A stretch of DNA of 63,995 nucleotides, counting the filler, from Lenisia limosa (lineage: Eukaryota; Protista; Breviatea): the NCBI GenBank assembly GCA_001655205.1. It is 11 parts of 11 records of this genome, joined end to end, with 100 filler letters (N's around TTAATTAATTAA, not from the genome) between each part and the next. Parts side by side here need not be neighbours in the genome. Positions count along the whole stretch, not along the records: positions 1 to 14,656 come from LPNZ01010725.1; positions 14,757 to 22,828 come from LPNZ01008604.1; positions 22,929 to 37,625 come from LPNZ01001608.1; 8 more parts are not named here. The stretch is one strand, 5' to 3'. The position numbers and the translations under genes were made by a program. Below the pieces are notes generated by a model. That model ran no database searches, was not told the origin of the DNA, and saw only the letters and a program-made list of their open reading frames with translations. Within the stretch, counting starts at the first letter, position 1; every line of letters begins with the position of its first letter. Below are positions 14,319 through 26,700 of the stretch, piece by piece.

Positions 14319-14700
14319 TAATTCGGTCGGAACTATTATCTATGTATTCTATTGCAATTGTTCACTCGATTTGCAACAAGGGTAATGCATCTTCGCCACA
14401 GAGTGGTCTCAAAGCTACCCATTACATGGCGTACGAGGGCTAAATACGAAAACATTTCTTGATATTGAACCATCTGAAGATCATTGAACACACTGCTTGA
14501 GATAATATAATACACATTCATTCTACACTTTAGATTATAGACCTTAAACTCTGTTGTGCCTTCTCAGATTTTTGCGATATGAAGAGAGGGACACGATAGA
14601 CTGTGGTTTCTCGTAGATACTTGCTGCTCTTGAGGGGGTTTCTAAGGGGGTACTCTNNNNNNNNNNNNNNNNNNNNNNNNNNNNNNNNNNNNNNNNNNNN

Positions 14701-14712
14701 TTAATTAATTAA
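14701..14712. other. Artificial contig-joining linker TTAATTAATTAA (stops in six frames) flanked by 44 N each side; also at 22873, 37670, 39431, 42177, 46632, 53058, 56173, 57756, 60384
   Basis: Ten identical occurrences, each embedded in N runs; genes are truncated at these points. Confidence 0.97.
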
Positions 14713-14806
14713 NNNNNNNNNNNNNNNNNNNNNNNNNNNNNNNNNNNNNNNNNNNNCCAAGAGATAATATATATGCTTTAACAATTCCTTCCATTCACAC
14801 CTGTAG

Positions 14807-17800
14807 TCCACGATCAGCGTTGAAGAGGTGACACAGAAGGAAAGACATAAGGTGCACAGGGGATTTAAAAAATACAGGGTTCAATTTTGTGGCGATGGGT
14901 ATCAATATTTGGGCATACACAACATCATAAACTACATACCGGACATGAATTATCGGTATAATTTTATGTGTTTATTTGTAACTGCCACATGGGCCATCAT
15001 CTTTAAGTTTTCTCGCGTATTCTTTCCAATCATTCGTTTTGTTATCTCAATATGGTGTGGTAGTATTGCGGTGTATGCCCCCATACTATAGTATTGACGG
15101 GTAGCAATATTTGGGCTTAAATATATTATCTATCTCCCTCCTCCCATTTTTTATTTAAAACATTTTCCCAATTTTACGTNNNNNNNNNNNNNNNNNNNNN
15201 NNNNNNNNNNNNNNNNNNNNNNNNNNNNNNNNNNNNNNNNNNNNNNNNNNNNNNNNNNNNNNNNNNNNNNNNNNNNNNNNNNNNNNNNNNNNNNNNNNNN
15301 NNNNNNNNNNNNNNNNNNNNNNGCTTTTTTTTCAAAAATTTCCCCATTTTTACTCCCCCCCCCTCCCAGTCAACGGTTGAATCAGCACGGATTAAGGCCG
15401 TCCAAGTCCTCTGGAAGCAAGTGGCAGTCGTTTTGGTCATACTCGTGGCCTTACAGGTGGGTATGATGCTGGTGGTTGGTTATGGTTGTGGCGATGGTGA
15501 TGATGATGGGATGATGGTAGAGACTTTACTGTGAAAATTTACCTTGTTCAGATGACAAACTTCTTCATTGTGCAATATCTCCTCCAAGGCTCCAAAGACA
15601 CTTTCGCTCAGGTTGGGGGGAGGGGTGTTTGGGGATTAACATCATCAACAGCAACTATATTATCATCATCATCATGAACATCAGCGTCATCATCATCATC
15701 ACCATCATCACCATCATTATCATCAATATTATTATTATTATTCTTATTTTTATTATTAACAAAATAGGTTGAATCCGCAGCTGCGTGTCGAAGATCATCA
15801 CAAGAGCTGTCTATGGACCTTCAACACCTTGTTGCAAATGCTGGCAAAAATGTTTGGGGGGGGGTGTGTAAAACGAAGGAATTTTGATGAAGAATATTGG
15901 CGTAANNNNNNNNNNNNNNNNNNNNNNNNNNNNNNNNNNNNNNNNNNNNNNNNNNNNNNNNNNNNNNNNNNNNNNNNNNNNNNNNNNNNNNNNNNNNNNN
16001 NNNNNNNNNNNNNNNNNNNNNNNNNNNNNNNNNNNNNNNNNNNNNNNNNNNNNNNNNGATGGTGATGACGGTGATGATGATGATGATGACGGTGATGATG
16101 ATGGTGATGATGGTGATGATGGTGATGACGGTGATGACGGTGATGATGGTGATGGTGATGATTGTGATTATGATGATGATGATGCTGATGTTGATGATGG
16201 TGATGGTGATGATGATGGTGAAGATGATGGTATTGTTATTTTACTTCTTTCAGATCACAGCAAACGAGAATTTCCTCTACTCTCAGGTCAACGATCGGAC
16301 AGTATTCGAATACTACATGGACGTTCTTGTTGGGGGGGGGGGNNNNNNNNNNNNNNNNNNNNNNNNNNNNNNNNNNNNNNNNNNNNNNNNNNNNNNNNNN
16401 NNNNNNNNNNNNNNNNNNNNNNNNNNNNNNNNNNNNNNNNNNNNNNNNNNNNNNNNNNNNNNNNNNNNNNNNNNNNNNNNNNNNNNNNNNNNNNNNNNNN
16501 NNNNNNNNNNNNNNNNNNNNNNNNNNNNNNNNNNNNNNNNNNNNNNNNNNNNNNNNNNNNNNNNNNNNNNNNNNNNNNNNNNNNNNNNNNNNNNNNNNNN
16601 AATTTCTCGATAAACCCTTGGCAACTATCGATATTCCACCTGTCTATTTCGAACCGAAGTGAAGCCCTACTAATCATACCTACTTGGGTATTTATGTTGT
16701 TAATTGATGTGTGTATGGGGGTAAAGTACTACGGGGAAGTACTTGTTAGGGGGGATGTTGTTTTAGTGTGGGGAGTTTCAGTGTGAATGTGTGTGAGTAC
16801 CAAACCCATCTCGTAATTCTTCCAGGATGAAGAAATGAAAGACTTCTATGCTTTCCATGAAGAGGTCTACTTCTCTTCAATCGTCCACGAGAATTCTCAG
16901 CTTAATTCCCTGTATAACTCGCCGAGCGTAACAATCACTAACTATGTGCCTAGCTTCAACAAATCAGACGGTGTGAGGGAGGGGAGTTTGTTGCTTATCG
17001 AGATAACTTGTGGGGGTAAAGTATTTACTTGGACATCCCTTCGCTTCAAAAAAAAGACAGTATTTTTCGATAAATCGTCGAAAACTATCGATTTTTACCA
17101 AGCTTTTTCGGACTATTTTAGGGTAAGCCGTACACTTTACATATCGATGTATATACCTGTTATATGATATATATACTGACCACGAAAAGTCCTGACATGA
17201 TTGACTAATGATAAAGCCAAATATCTGTGTCAGGACTTAACATGGTCAGTGTATACATTGTACATAGTGACCGGGATAAGTCTTGACCGATTTGCTATGT
17301 GATTCCCCAGGTAAAATCGGACAAGACTTATTCCGGTCACTGTATATGATATGTATAATAGTATCTCCATATCCAAGGCTCGGTTCCTCCTCCGTCTTCC
17401 GTCATCCACACCCCTTCCAACTGATCATATTAAGGAATTGCAACGTCCGAGAAAGTTTCCCTGTTTGCAGCCATTAATGCCTATATTGAAAGGTAAGCAA
17501 AGCAAATCATCAATTTTCCTAACCCCCCCCCCCNNNNNNNNNNNNNNNNNNNNNNNNNNNNNNNNNNNNNNNNNNNNNNNNNNNNNNNNNNNNNNNNNNN
17601 NNNNNNNNNNNNNNNNNNNNNNNNNNNNNNNNNNNNNNNNNNNNNNNNNNNNNNNNNNNNNNTCACTCAACTACGACTCGGATTACAGGTATGGGAGAGA
17701 GAGAGAAATAATATACATTAGAAATCTAGGGAAACAAATAAACACGTAGGGATTCTTTTAACAAATTACCATACTTCCGCGGAGTCGGGGTAAATTAACC

Positions 17801-18735
17801 AAATGATATGATTTTTCACCACTTTCAAAATCCATATCACAGACCTAACGGTGAGCCAATGGATCTTGTATACTCGCTAGCGGACTTGGTCCTAATATCA
17901 GTGCGATCTCAGCGATCTTTCACTCAAACAAAAATGCCAATTGTTTTTCGTTGATTTGATTGATTTGGGTTCTTTTTTGTTTCATAAATTTTCCAATTTT
18001 ACTTCCCCCCCCCCCCTCCGCAGGTTTGTAATTGAAAACTCCCTTGGAAACCTAACATCTGGACTTGACGAGGCTGTTGAGTTGTTCGTGGAGGTGGGAG
18101 GGGGTGCGGGAATGATAGAGGGGTGAAAACAATGATTGGTAAAATATCGATAGTTCCCGACCATCACCATCAGGTCTTATTCCTCTTGCCCTTGGTCTTC
18201 TTCGTCAACTGCACTTGTGATACCTTGCAAAGTTAATCTGCGATCATCTCAATATTATATTTAGTCGATCATTTTCAAAACGAAGTGGAACCCTTCCCCA
18301 CCACCAACCCTGTTTATTTTCCGTTCCACTTACCCCTATTCACTCCTCCCCCAGATCAACGAAGACGAACTCGAGCAACGGTCCTTGTGGATTCTCCTCC
18401 TAACGGCCCTGATGATTGTGGTTCTCATTGTTTTGGATCTTTTCTGCTTCAAACCTGCCTTGACGTGGGGGGGGGGGGGNNNNNNNNNNNNNNNNNNNNN
18501 NNNNNNNNNNNNNNNNNNNNNNNNNNNNNNNNNNNNNNNNNNNNNNNNNNNNNNNNNNNNNNNNNNNNNNNNNNNNNNNNNNNNNNNNNNNNNNTCCTAT
18601 TTTTGGAAGGGATGACAGTTATTTTTCTTTTCTTTTTCTTTTTTCTTATCGCATTTCAGGCGTATCGCCAAAGAACGATCAGCAACACTGGCTCTTTTCG
18701 AGGTCCTTCCAAAAGCAGGTTGGTGATGGTGGTGG

Positions 18736-18766
<31 letters not shown>

Positions 18767-21700
18767 GATGATGATGTGGTGGTGGTGATGATAATGATGA
18801 TGATAATGATAATGATGCGGTGGTGGTGAAAGTCCCACCCCCATACACCCACGTAATACCCCATCTTCAATACATTACCCCCCTCCATTTTCATGCCACA
18901 GACGTGGCCACGTTGGTGCGCGATCTTGGCGTGCGCATCACGGATCTTGGCGGCGACGCCAAGGAGGACGCAAGTTTGATCCAGGTTCGTGGGGAGTATT
19001 AAATGATGATGTAATTACTACATATAATAAGGCTTCACTTAGGTTTGGGAAAATATTGATAATTTCCGAGGATTTATCGAGAAATTCAGTCCTTTTTCGA
19101 ACCGAAGTAAAGCCCTAATTATAAATACTATATGATATACACGATATATGATATTTTATCATATATATATATATGTGTATTATACTATCTAGGTATTTTT
19201 GGGATAATTGTTAATAGTATCGTGTAACCGTGCATAATATTCTGGGATTCTCTACGGTCCCAAAAAAGACTGAATTTCTCAATCAATCCTCGATACGGGC
19301 TTGGTTGTTGTCATCTAGTTATTTAGTTTAGTGTTGGTTGCGCGTGTTTGTTATTGCTTGTGTTGTTGTTTTTTGTTTGTGTGGAGTTTCAGATTTTTTG
19401 GTTCGTGATTAGTACCTTTACGCCAATATTCTTCATCGAAATTTCCTTGGTTTTACCCCCCCTCCCGGCTTTGTTTGTTTTGTTGTTATCAACTTGTCAG
19501 CCAACAGAGTTGTTTTTGGGCTTTTTGTTTCATAAATTTTCCAATTTTTCTGTGATCGAGCGGTGGTGGTACTCGGGCTCGTTTTTGTTTTTGTGTTTTT
19601 GTCTAGTTTTAGCGTTTGTTGCTCGTGTTTGTTATTGGTTGTTTTGTTTTTTGTTTGTTTGGAGTTTTAGATTATTTGGTTCGTGATTAGTACCTTTACG
19701 CCAATATTCTTCATCTTAATTTCCTTGTTTTCTAAGCGGCTGGCCTGGGTTCTGTTTGTTTTGTTGTCATCAACCCTTGTCTGTTGTCAGCCAACAGAGT
19801 TCTTTTTGGGCTTTTTTGTTTCATAAATTTTCCAATTTCACTAGTTGATCGAGTGGTGGTGGGACTCTTCAAAGGCTGGCTGGGGCTTGTTTTTGTTTTT
19901 GTGTTTTTGTCTAGTTTTAGCGTTGGTTGCTTGTGTTATTGTTTTTTTTTTTGGAGTTTCAGATTATTCGGNNNNNNNNNNNNNNNNNNNNNNNNNNNNN
20001 NNNNNNNNNNNNNNNNNNNNNNNNNNNNNNNNNNNNNNNNNNNNNNCCAATATTCTTCATCAAAATTTCCTTCGTTTTACTCCCCCCCCCCAGAGATGGT
20101 ACAAGGGGCAAATGAGATCAAGGAAATCCATTCATCGCGTGTCGCTCTATCGAATTGCTCTTTTATTGATTGGTGGGAGGTGGGAGTATTGATCATTGGT
20201 GTGGGAACCACAGTGAAACCCTTGATGTTAATTGGTGGGGGAACCAAAGATATTAATTGGTGGGGTAAGAGGTATTGATCGGTGTTTGCCGGTTTTGTTT
20301 GTTTTGTTGTTCTCAACCCTTGTGTGTTGTCAGCCAACAAAATTGGTTTCATAAATTTTCCGGTTTTACTCCTTTCAGGCCTAACATCCGTGATGATCAT
20401 TGTCGCCCTCAACAACACTGCTGTGGATATGAGACAATCTGCGAAGGTAGGTCTTACCATATAAAATGGTACACTAGACGAAACCCCACCACACACACAC
20501 AGACACACACACACAGACATACTGACCCGGATAAGTCTTGACCTATTTCCTTGGGAAATCAAAGCAAATTATCCTGGTTACTGTACACACTGTATATTCA
20601 AATCACTTTTGGGTATTTTCACACGTTTGAACTATCATTTTCCACGCAGTGATATGAAACCTCATATCCACTCGTATGATAATTGACCGACAAGTCTCAA
20701 TGATACTCTGATACACTCGGGATGAACCCTCGTGTTATCTTCGTTCATCATTTTGACTTGAAAGTCGGTCATATGATCATATCACTAGTGGCAATCTGCG
20801 AGGGATATCTTACTATACAATTCATTTCACTGACCGCGAAAAGGCATCATACGAACCCACCCACCACACCATCATCATTATCATTTTTAACTCCACTTTC
20901 CGTATTAGGAACAGCGACTTATCGTATTAGGAACATCCACTTACCATATTAGCAACATCCACTTACCATATTAGGAGCAAGACTACAGCGGGCGTCGTCG
21001 TATGTTGGCTCGAAAGCTGCATGCACTCACAATGACCGTTATTTCGACAGATATCAACTGGATGACCCAGGTTAGCTATCCATAAGACTGAATATCTCGA
21101 TATATCATCGAAAAATGTCGATATTTCACCGATCTTTTTTCGGCTATTTCAATTTGTCACACTAAATATTCCCCCACTTTCTCCTAGTTAAATTCCAGGA
21201 AAAATGCTCGTCAGTCATCGATGACACGTGGAGGGAAATGGAGAAAATTCATATTGCCTTGACTGAGGGAGATTCGGACTACGATCTTTCCGGATCTAAT
21301 AACAGGTAGGGTGCGTGCTTTTATTTATTATTAGTTGTAAGGCAAATGATAGGGTGAATTAATATTATGGTATAATCTAATCTCTTATAAGCGTGGTGGT
21401 GCGAACGGCTTCGGCCAGATACATCGTTATTTTTTTTATCTCTCATTGCTATATAAATATATATTAATAGGGCTCCGTGCAATTAATTGAAAAAATAATT
21501 GTAATTGAAGTGTGACATATTGTCATGTTCATGTTTTTTTTTTTCATTATTGTTCTGGTAATTGTTTTTTTTGCTAACATGCGGTGCCGCATAAACGACT
21601 GGCCGGGGATTTTTTTATTTTGTTGTTTTCAACCCTTGCAAGCCAACAGAGTTGATTTTGGGCTTTTTTGTTTTTGTTTCATACATTTTCCAATTTTCCA

Positions 21701-22755
21701 TGAAATCTACTTATTTGTGTAGATACACTCCAATGGATGACTTACTGTTCCGAACTACATGTGCTAGTGATATTGAGGACTTCTGCACGGTATGCTTGAG
21801 CTTCTTTTTAATCTCATAATAAAAAGAGCATAAAATAATAATATCATAATTAAGGCTTCCAGGTCCCAAAAAAGACCGAATCTCTCGATAAATATCGATA
21901 TTTAAACGGTCTTTTTCGAACTGTAGGGAAACCCTAGTATAATAACACTAGCTATATATGCTGGGGATTCGGCCCACTGCTTATATGCTGGAGACGCACG
22001 CAGAAAGCTGTGTACCTTTTTTTTTGACGATTTTTGAATACACATTGTTTTTTACATATTTTTGGAATGGAATTTTATATTTAGGATGAAATTTTATACT
22101 TTAGAATGGAATTTCTAATCGCTTCACTTACTCTGGGATCAGCCAGCTCTTCACCAAACTAGTCAAGGTCAGTATTGTTATTATTCTTTTTATTTATTGT
22201 TTTCTTTCTTTTGTTTTTAAAAAAACGCGCGCGTATTTTCGACGCGAAAGTCGGTCATGTCATATTATCACATCACTGTGATTTTGGATTAACATATCAT
22301 TATCGAGGGTTTGTTGAGCATTATCGAGAGTTTATTGAGAGTTTATCAGCAGCCTGAGAAGTAGGGTCACTTCGGTTCGAACAGTACCATTAAATTATCG
22401 ATAGTTTTCGAGGATTTATTAGAAATTCAGTCTTTTTTCGAACTGGAAGCCCTTTCATGCCTTTAGGTTTCTGAGAAATTCGTAGCATCAGGCTTTTACT
22501 CAAGTGCGAACCCCCTTTACTGGGTAGGAGGCTGTTATGGATTGTTTTGTGTCTGTTGGAACGTCCCTCGTTTTTCGAGGAGTTTCACTTGGTAATACAT
22601 GTGCTTGAATGTATCAACTTCTCCCTTAACAACCTATATGTTTAATCAAACACACCGTCCTTCTATTTTCCCTCTTAGTTACCTAGGACATTCATGACCT
22701 GGAAGCACATGATCTTGGCAGTGGACTTGAAGTGGCTACTAACCTTTATGCTGAA
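14807..22755 (+). CDS. Large multi-pass membrane protein, TmcB/TmcC-like with NarX/PilJ-like helical motif; partial
   Basis: Spliced exons: LWKQVAVVLVILVALQMTNFFIVQYLL (TM), LNSLYNSPSVTITNYVP, FVIENSLGNLTSGLDEAVELF, EQDYSGRRRMLARKLHAL (20975 on), LTEGDSDYDLSGSNNRYTPMDDLLFRTTC...C, DLGSGLEVATNLYAE. Family assignment is from motif recall only. Confidence 0.55.
17265..17342. mobile_element. Tc1/mariner-type MITE (family C, ~78 bp); further copies ~20518-20583 and 26614-26691; related element ~17174-17251
   Basis: Inverted arms (C/T)AGTGACCGGGATAAGTCTTGACCGATT ... AATCGG(T/A)CAAGA(C/T)TTATTCCGGTCACTG followed by TA. Confidence 0.7.
19320..20369 (+). repeat. Family E modular repeat, ~3 tandem copies here and >=11 loci in the window
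   Basis: Shared modules TTCGTGATTAGTACCTTTACGCCAATATTCTTCATCGAAATTTC and TGTCAGCCAACAGAGTTGATTTTGGGCTTTTTGTTTCATAAATTTTCCAATTTT. Other copies near 15850(-), 17930, 21600, 46010-46200(-), 46400-46587(-), 50500-50720, 51230, 55255(-), 57300-57420(-), 61650-61725(-). Confidence 0.85.
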
Positions 22756-23109
22756 GTGGGACTGTCTTTCTCTTTTTTGAAAGGATTTTTTATCGTTTTG
22801 AACGAAGCTTTTTTTTTTTTTTTTTTTTNNNNNNNNNNNNNNNNNNNNNNNNNNNNNNNNNNNNNNNNNNNNTTAATTAATTAANNNNNNNNNNNNNNNN
22901 NNNNNNNNNNNNNNNNNNNNNNNNNNNNCTCTGTTGGCTGACATATACTGATGGGTGGGAGAGGGATACATTGAGTGAGGGGAGGGGGGGCTTCACTTCG
23001 GTAACAAAAAGACTAGTAAATTATTGATAGTTTTCGAGGATTTATCGAGTAATTCTGTCTTTTTTTGAACCGAAGTGAAGCCCTAGGTAATACCAATAAA
23101 ATCCATCAG

Positions 23110-23680
23110 TGAACGACAGTCTCATGCATTGTTTCTCCAACCGTTAGTAGCACTCTGTGTCTGATCCCCCCCCCCCCCNNNNNNNNNNNNNNNNNNNNNN
23201 NNNNNNNNNNNNNNNNNNNNNNNNNNNNNNNNNNNNNNNNNNNNNNNNNNNNNNNNNNNNNNNNNNNNNNNNNNNNNNNNNNNNNNNNNNNNNNNNNNNN
23301 NNNNNNNNNNNNNNNNNNNNGTTGTCATTTTTCTCATGAAGGCGTTGATGGCTGTTTGCAATTCTTGTTTATTCTGTACAGTTTCCCATTACAATTTTCC
23401 TTTTTATCTTTTCACCCCCTCCCAGTCTCAGACCAAGCCATCTCAGAGCGGTCCAACGAGATTCTGCAGAGCCTTTTTGCCCTCAGCACAGCACATGCTG
23501 GTACAACGGTGGCCAAAACGAAAAAGAGGCGCTCAAGGAAGAAGGTTTGTTGTGGCTATTAATAAAAAAGTTCAAGCGGGGAGTCAGGCTAATTGCGTAG
23601 AAGAAAACCACATCAGCTGCCAAAGGGGAAGAAGATGGTGATGCAAAAGAAGAGACGAAAGAGGATGAGGGAGATAACTA
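23110..23680 (+). CDS. 3' exons of a hypothetical protein (basic then acidic C-terminus)
   Basis: Exon-like segments VSDQAISERSNEILQSLFALSTAHAGTTVAKTKKRRSRKK and EEDGDAKEETKEDEGDN* with GT/AG borders. Confidence 0.4.
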
Positions 23681-23749
23681 ATTAATGGTACAACATTTGG
23701 TATTTATTTTGATTCCACATGAGATTCCTATCATCTTGGCGGTGACAGC

Positions 23750-26700
23750 ATGTCTTGCTTTCTCATATCATCATAATATTGAATACAAAGGGTATTCAGG
23801 TCGTAATGAAAGGAAACAAAGTGCATGTACAACACAAGAAACAGCACACAACCACACATTGGTGAAAGAAAACGACTCCACTCGAAGGAAAAACTAATAC
23901 AACGCAAAGCAAGATGTCTATGGAAGAGAAGAGGGAAGAATACCCATGCCTTGACAAATGGCCAAAACAGACTCTGCCGAACCCATCATTGATTCCGACA
24001 ACAAGTGGTCGACTTGGGCTTTCTACATGGTTAGAGAAGATCTGTGCTTGTGTATATGCAAAATGCCCCCCCCCCCTCACATCAGTCAATGGCCCAGCCG
24101 AAGCCATTGCCGCCGCCTCANNNNNNNNNNNNNNNNNNNNNNNNNNNNNNNNNGGTGGCGGATTCTGAAGGTTAACAAATCGGAACAAAAGCCAATGAGA
24201 AGGTACGAATTAGAAATCGGAAGAATTCATGGCATGAGTTCCAGCTAGGTCTTCACTTCGGTTAAAAAAAGACTGAATTTCTCTATAAATCCGAGAAAAA
24301 CTATCGATATTTTACCGGTTCTTTTCGAACCGAAGTGAAGCCCTAGTTCCAACCAACAAACCGAAGTCTGAAGCCCTGCAAGAAGGAACTGGATCGCCTA
24401 AAAGGTCAGTTTCAAAACCAATATTTCAACACTTCTTGATAAATGCAGAATATGACAATTTCAAAGACTTGATGAATTCAGAATACGATATTTTCAAAGA
24501 TGACACAGGTTATCCCACCTTCTCAGGCTTTCTCAGTTTAATATACGACGACGCAGCATCGATACGCGGCTGCTGGAACCTGGTGGTCAGATGAGCCTAA
24601 ACCACCAGACGAGCCTAATTCACGGTATACATGGCCCGGACTGCCCGCCCACCTTGGTGACAGTTCAATGGCAACGCTGAAGTGGGGCAATGCATCGGAA
24701 TAATGGCGGGCGTCTGAGAAGGCCGAGCCCAGCGCGTGGTGGATACGAGGATCCTAATAATCGTTCAAATCAAGCATAAGTCTAATACTATTTAACCGGG
24801 GATAGGATATCAATATTGAACAATGTAATATATCATATGTGCCTTGCCAGATCCTACCGAAGGCTTGAGTTTTGCAGCAATTGAAAAGCAATCCAAAGCA
24901 ATCAGCGGTCTTTTCATCAAAATCAGGATCTTGCCCAGCCTGGACGATTACCCGAAACAGCACAACAAAGAATGAGGTGAAGGTAGGTCCAAAAAACAGA
25001 CCGAATTCTCGATAAATCCTCGATAAATACCGATATTTAAACGGTCTTTTTCGGACCGTAGGAAAGCCCAAGGTGTAGGCCTACAAAAGTTGGACTGCAG
25101 GATCGGGTCTGTTTGGCCGTGTCTGGGCAGCTGATATCAAAGCCTCCGACGCACTGAATATTAGGGGTACTTAAGAAATAACCGAATAAATACTAATGAG
25201 AAGTGAACTACTTACGTTTGGAGGGAAGCTGTCACAGCCTGAAAAGTCAGCAGAAAAAAAGTGAGGAAAAAAGAAGTAGGGGAGGAGTAAAAGTCCCACA
25301 TTTGTCGAGGGATACGACGTCTGTTCAAGCCACTTGAATGTTGCCTTCGCAGTTTCATTGTCATCGCCAAGGGACTGGGATTAGTTAATTACTCAGAAAG
25401 TGATTCACACCATCACATTTATCAAGGATATTTCTCAGAGTATAATACTGTTTCTGTGCACAAAACTGTCAGCACTCCAAGTGAAACATTTTTTTAGCAT
25501 CAGTTTTCAGAAAAGACATAGTATAAGCAGCAAAATACAGCAGCAAACTGAGAAAGCGAGAGCTCTTTCGAAAAGGACATCCGGGTCGTCCGGGGCTAAG
25601 TGTCAGAGAAACATGTATTATGGTAACCTACATAGAGAGTCGGCTTCGAAGAGAGCAAATAAACTGTCAGAGAAATGGCCATGCAGCGACTGAAGAGTGT
25701 TAAGAAAGTCCACTTTAGGAATGGAATTCTCTTTGAATTGTGAGAACTCTCATACATAGATACGTGTCGGAGCATGAAATATTGGATAAGTCAAAAGGTT
25801 TTAGACATTCTGGTTTTTGTGCTGAGATCCTTCTTATAAACTGTCCAAAATATAGAATGCTCAAAAAGTCCAGCTATTCATGGACTCTCACCAGGATGTA
25901 AGCTTTGTATCTGAGGGCTTCCATTGCATGCAACGTTGAAGGCGCGTACTTCACAGCTTCAACAATTGAACTCTCAAATGCTTCCAAGTCCCTACTCAGT
26001 TAATACCAAGAACATTACTAGGGCTTCCCTGCGGTCCGAAAAAGACCATCAAAATATCGATATTTATCGAGGATCGCTAAATTCAACCTACTGTGGGTCC
26101 GTAGGGAAGCCCTAAACATTATGTATTCAGCCTGTGGTAGCTCCCTCACAAAGCTCACCCTCTATGTAGCAAATTTATCCACTTGAAAAATTTCTTATTT
26201 CAATTGCTAAGTCATTTCACTGAAAGTAGCCAAATGCTACCCCGGAAAACGCACACCCTTTTTCAACCGATAAAGCAGCAGAATGTAGGGAGTCCTCATG
26301 GTTGGAGAACAGATCAGCGTGATCGTTGGAGCGGAAGTCGGAAAGGTGCTCTGCCGACTGCAGGTAATTGTCTTCAAACTCGTAATCTGAAAGTTGAGAT
26401 GCAAGCGTAGATAAACCACAGAAATACATGAAGCCTACCAATATCAATGACTGAAATGGGAATTTCACGTTCACCTGCGATGTATACTTCTACAACATAA
26501 AACCTCATTAAAAATTGAAATTTGTTGCGTAGTATTAGGGCATTGTGATTACACCACGGGTTGAAATGTTACATGAAAGACTTTTCAGTTTACTGTCAAA
26601 ATTTCCCAGATGACTGTGACCGGGATGAGTCTTGACCGATTTTCCATGGAAAATCACATAACAAATCGGTCAAGATTTATTCCGGTCACTGTAAATAAAT

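Noticed and set aside
15884-16786. 300-aa Asp/Gly-rich and 184-aa Met/Val-rich ORFs
   Set aside because: They are translations of an intronic (GAT/GGT/GAC)n microsatellite plus N gaps; only the short exon at ~16254-16328 looks coding.
18597-18894. Poly-His and poly-Ile/Ser ORFs
   Set aside because: Reverse translation of a trinucleotide repeat inside an intron.
19348-20278. Hydrophobic F/L/V-rich ORFs resembling membrane proteins
   Set aside because: They are translations of the T-rich family E repeat.
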